The translations under genes were made by a program, and so were the position numbers. A DNA stretch of 64,000 nucleotides from Fistulifera solaris (lineage: Eukaryota). The DNA is taken from the NCBI GenBank assembly GCA_030295235.1, contig AP026138.1:868001-932000 (forward strand). Direction: 5' to 3'. Shown here in pieces: positions 60,593-64,000 of the stretch (positions are counted from its first letter, which is position 1; each line of letters begins with the position of its first letter). Under the pieces are notes generated by a model. That model was not told where the DNA came from. It searched no databases and was given only the letters and a program-made list of their open reading frames with translations.

Positions 60593-62032
60593 ATGGCAAG
60601 CAGGGTGCGGAATCGAGCATCTTTTGTTCCCCCACTTGAGAATCGACAGCAATTAGAAATGCCGTTAAGCATGTCATCGTGTCAGCAGCGCAAAGCGCCC
60701 TCGAAGACGCTTATTGAAACTGCCCTGAATGTGTCTCCTCATCAACCGACGACACCACTATCTTTTCCATCTAAGAAAGGAATACAGGATCCTGCTACAG
60801 CCGGAAAGAAGAGAACACCGCAAAGACAGTCTCCAGTCACTTCTCTGGATATTTTTCTGGCTTCTTCTTCTCGTAAATCAAAGAATCGCGTCAAAAGTCC
60901 CAAAGGCGTTACTGAGCTCCCAGGAAAATCGTCAAGCTTGTTATCACCTACGAAAAACGATTTTTTCTACAAAATGAAGCAGGAAGATCCACCAGCTGTC
61001 GTCGCAAGCGAACAGCCTACGCAGTCGCCTCATCAATCTGCTGTAAAGGACGCTGAGGGATGTAGAACGACTTTATCAGGTCAGGCGAAGTGCGAGAAAT
61101 CACCAACGTGCTGTCCTGCACTTGATTCTATCGCAAGCACAAGCTCTGATGTGTCGCCGCAAAAACCGAAGCGGATATCTGATGCAGAGCCTTTAGCATC
61201 GGATAATAAGCCTCCTACGCAACCATCTCCAACTCAATGCAATACAGCACAGGACAAAACTGACCCAGTGCTAAACAAGAACGTCGATAGCATTCCCACC
61301 AAGCCGGCGAGAACTTTGAGCAAAGGTGCAAAGACACAGAATGCCGTCTTTCGTCCCAAGACGCCACAAAAACGATTCCTAAAGAAGGGGATCAAGCTTA
61401 GTCCTACTCTTTTCATGGCGTCCATCTCATCACGTGCTGCTAAGATGAAAGCTATTGCAGAGTCCCCAAAAGCATTGAGGAATCTATTTGTGGGCATTGT
61501 GTCACCGAAATCCGCAGACGACGATACCCATTCGATCGAAACGCCCACGAAAAATACGAAGACAGCAGAGGCAACAAACTTCCGCCGCATGATGGCACCT
61601 GACTTGACCGTATCAGCATCCGAAGCTAATGACAGCAGCTCCTCCTTGAAGATTTCTGACTTATCGGATACACCGAGTCGGGCGAAGCAAATATCGCTAC
61701 CCGAGTTGTTGGGCCGATCTTTGCAGCACGACGTAAACGGTGAGGACAGTATGGACGATATGTTCGGAAAAGACGGTGAAAGCGAGACAACCGTTACCGA
61801 AGATCAGCGTACGCCCCTGTGCTATGACCGTTGGCACTGTTCAACGCCATGTCTACCATCGCCTAGTTTCGCTTTCCACCAGACCTCGGTGCGACGCTTG
61901 GCTTGCAGTCCAACTCACGGCAACAGCAACAGCAAGAACAATTCGGTTAACTTGCAACTCAACGCTTCTTCTTCTTCGGATTTATTCATGCCGACTAAAC
62001 CTCGTCGCTACAATAGCAGAGATTGTTCCTAA
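60593..62032 (+). CDS. Ser/Pro/Lys-rich disordered protein with PxKPxR motifs
   Basis: ~480-aa ORF; PQKPKRIS, PTKPARTLS, PTKPRRYNS, DRW. Confidence 0.65.
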   Translation: MASRVRNRASFVPPLENRQQLEMPLSMSSCQQRKAPSKTLIETALNVSPHQPTTPLSFPSKKGIQDPATAGKKRTPQRQSPVTSLDIFLASSSRKSKNRVKSPKGVTELPGKSSSLLSPTKNDFFYKMKQEDPPAVVASEQPTQSPHQSAVKDAEGCRTTLSGQAKCEKSPTCCPALDSIASTSSDVSPQKPKRISDAEPLASDNKPPTQPSPTQCNTAQDKTDPVLNKNVDSIPTKPARTLSKGAKTQNAVFRPKTPQKRFLKKGIKLSPTLFMASISSRAAKMKAIAESPKALRNLFVGIVSPKSADDDTHSIETPTKNTKTAEATNFRRMMAPDLTVSASEANDSSSSLKISDLSDTPSRAKQISLPELLGRSLQHDVNGEDSMDDMFGKDGESETTVTEDQRTPLCYDRWHCSTPCLPSPSFAFHQTSVRRLACSPTHGNSNSKNNSVNLQLNASSSSDLFMPTKPRRYNSRDCS

Positions 62033-62145
62033 TAGCAATCGCCAAAATTTTCCCAGCAAGGATGAATTTCCTCAAACTAACATTTTGATAGGACAACTTT
62101 TTAATCTGGAACACGGTTATAACACATGTGCGGTATACTGCAGTT

Positions 62146-63396
62146 CTATTTGCCCATTTCCATGGTTGAATTGTGACATTCTGTCGGAGCTGATGTAGGT
62201 TCTGGTGTGGGCTCGGGGACAACCGGAACTGGTACAGCAGTTTCATCTTCGCAGTCATGCGTCGAGCTTTCTTTGAGTACCGTAGGTGCAGGTGTTGGGG
62301 CGCAATCATGAGCCATATCGTGATAGAAATAGATCCAATGAAGATTGAAACCTCCTGCCAAGATATTAATGCGAAGTGGCTGCAGTCCTGTTGTTGTTAC
62401 CTCCATTTGCACAGCAACGGTCTCGAAGCTTTCCCACGCACTTGTCACCGGCATCCCATCCACAAAAGCAACAACGCGTTGCGATCCGACATCCATTTCA
62501 AATGCTCCTTCTCCATCTGGGGACGCTACGTTCATGGAAACTTTATACTTGCCGACCATGGGGAAATCGACCATGTACTCAACGTAGTCTCCAGGGTCCA
62601 GAAACCCAACGATTCCGATCCCCTCCGTCGATGTCTCAACTTCAACACCTTGCATGGTAGAATAGTCTGCCGCATCGACCATGAACGTCCACTTATCGAC
62701 CTCGTCCGGCACGAATTCCGAACTAGGAACTGGTGCTAAGGTTGGAACACTCACCGGTGGCAAGACGGGCGGAGCTACGGGGGTCATGCCAGGTACAATA
62801 GTCGGTGAACTAACAGGGGAAGTGACAGGAGAGCCGACTGGAACCATCACTGGTGTTGCAACAGGAGCCATGGTAGCTGGGGTCGCAACAGGGGGACTTG
62901 CCGGTGACATTGTAGTTGTAGCTGGCGCAAGAGTTCCGTCCTGCTGTTTAAAGTACATCCAAAGCAAATTGAATCCCTGTTCCTCGACATTGACAGAAAG
63001 CGTGTAAGAACCAGCCGGAAGCGTGACAAATCGGCTGATAGGCTTGTATCGCTGCCAATTTCCGGATGCTGGAAGATCTTCAAAGGTTGCAAGAACTTCG
63101 CCCGTATCGGCATTCGTAATTGTGAAGCGACCCCCGCCATCGGGACTTGCTAGGCGAACTTGCAACAAATATGATTCCTCGACCGGAATTTCCATAGGAT
63201 ATTGAATAACGTCGCCGCTTTTCAACTGGGAAAGATTGTCAGTTCCTTCCGATGACGGCTCTGCGACAATCCCTTCACTAGCCGACAAAAACGGTACGGC
63301 TGGAATGAAGTGAAATAGTTTACTTTCTTGTGTGCGTCGCAAATACTTGGCATTTGCAACCGAAGCAATTAGCAACAGACAAAGGATTGATTTCAT
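62146..63396 (-). CDS. Secreted non-catalytic protein with two CBM6-like modules and a Pro/Thr-rich linker
   Basis: Signal peptide MKSILCLLLIASVANA; two modules with GD.(I/V)(Q/E)Y, (L/V)AS..G.G.F, P...W..(Y/F), GFNL.W..F; PVATP/PVxSP linker repeats. Confidence 0.8.
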   Translation of the reverse strand: MKSILCLLLIASVANAKYLRRTQESKLFHFIPAVPFLSASEGIVAEPSSEGTDNLSQLKSGDVIQYPMEIPVEESYLLQVRLASPDGGGRFTITNADTGEVLATFEDLPASGNWQRYKPISRFVTLPAGSYTLSVNVEEQGFNLLWMYFKQQDGTLAPATTTMSPASPPVATPATMAPVATPVMVPVGSPVTSPVSSPTIVPGMTPVAPPVLPPVSVPTLAPVPSSEFVPDEVDKWTFMVDAADYSTMQGVEVETSTEGIGIVGFLDPGDYVEYMVDFPMVGKYKVSMNVASPDGEGAFEMDVGSQRVVAFVDGMPVTSAWESFETVAVQMEVTTTGLQPLRINILAGGFNLHWIYFYHDMAHDCAPTPAPTVLKESSTHDCEDETAVPVPVVPEPTPEPTSAPTECHNSTMEMGK

Positions 63397-64000
63397 GGTG
63401 ACTGACATAGCAATCAGGCATTTGATAGTCAATCAAATGAATGAATGAACGAAAGCGGAAACGAAAAGTGACCGCATGTCGATTTGCAAATAGCCTTCTC
63501 GCTAATGAATCTGATTGGGGAAATGCATGTCAAATACTCTACATAAAACGTGTATACAGTCGACAATAATGACCTTTCTTTTTTTCCGTTCGTCCGTGTC
63601 CGGCCGAAAACATGACGAATGACGAAGGCCTCGAAATAAATAAGAATGATGGCCTTGTCGCTTCACATTTTTTCATCTGTTTCTTCGAGAACGCATTGGC
63701 TCTGCTCAGCTGACAAACCATAATGAGTAATACGTAATTCGCACAAATCGGTTAACTGCATACGTGCTTCGATAGCCGCTTTAACGCGCCTCGACGACGC
63801 TTTTTGCAAAATTCAATGCAGATCAATTCTGCACCGACGGTATTTGCTGTTGCCTCTTTGTGCACATATCAAAGTAAAGGCCCTTGAAATAGTTGCTTAT
63901 GCCGATGAAAAGTCGAAAAAATAGCTCTGGAAAAGACGAACCGATAGGCAATCAAAAGTACAACGCCGATAATCGATGAGTCAAAATATTGGTACTGAAG

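Overview
Gene-dense eukaryotic nuclear DNA, most likely from a pennate diatom. This is inferred from short GT-AG introns, bipartite plastid-targeting presequences, a chlorophyll a/c-type LHC-like gene, two HSF genes and diatom-type globin and bZIP genes; the species cannot be determined. About 30 protein-coding genes are supportable, including RRP45 (partial), RAD18-like, cyclophilin, Mpv17/PMP22, S1 protein, CCDC130, LHC-like, TCD/ThiF, calmodulin-like, bromodomain-ET, eIF4E, alpha/beta hydrolase, TFIP11, 2 HSFs, ArfGAP, RRP36, pyruvate kinase, 2 bZIP paralogues, a 4-exon globin largely missed by the ORF track, and a secreted tandem-CBM6 protein. At least 11 single-base frameshifts sit in short homopolymers and are probably assembly errors. 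Non-coding DNA holds a 396-bp hAT-type MITE with an 8-bp TSD, a dispersed ~80-bp hairpin element (2 copies), two arrays built on one CAGA-N3-TCTG palindrome, two short A-B-A tandem repeats, a decayed partial RRP45 duplicate, and several zones of dense short stutter duplications. No rRNA, tRNA or CRISPR was found, and no clearly novel multi-gene system can be proven from the sequence alone.
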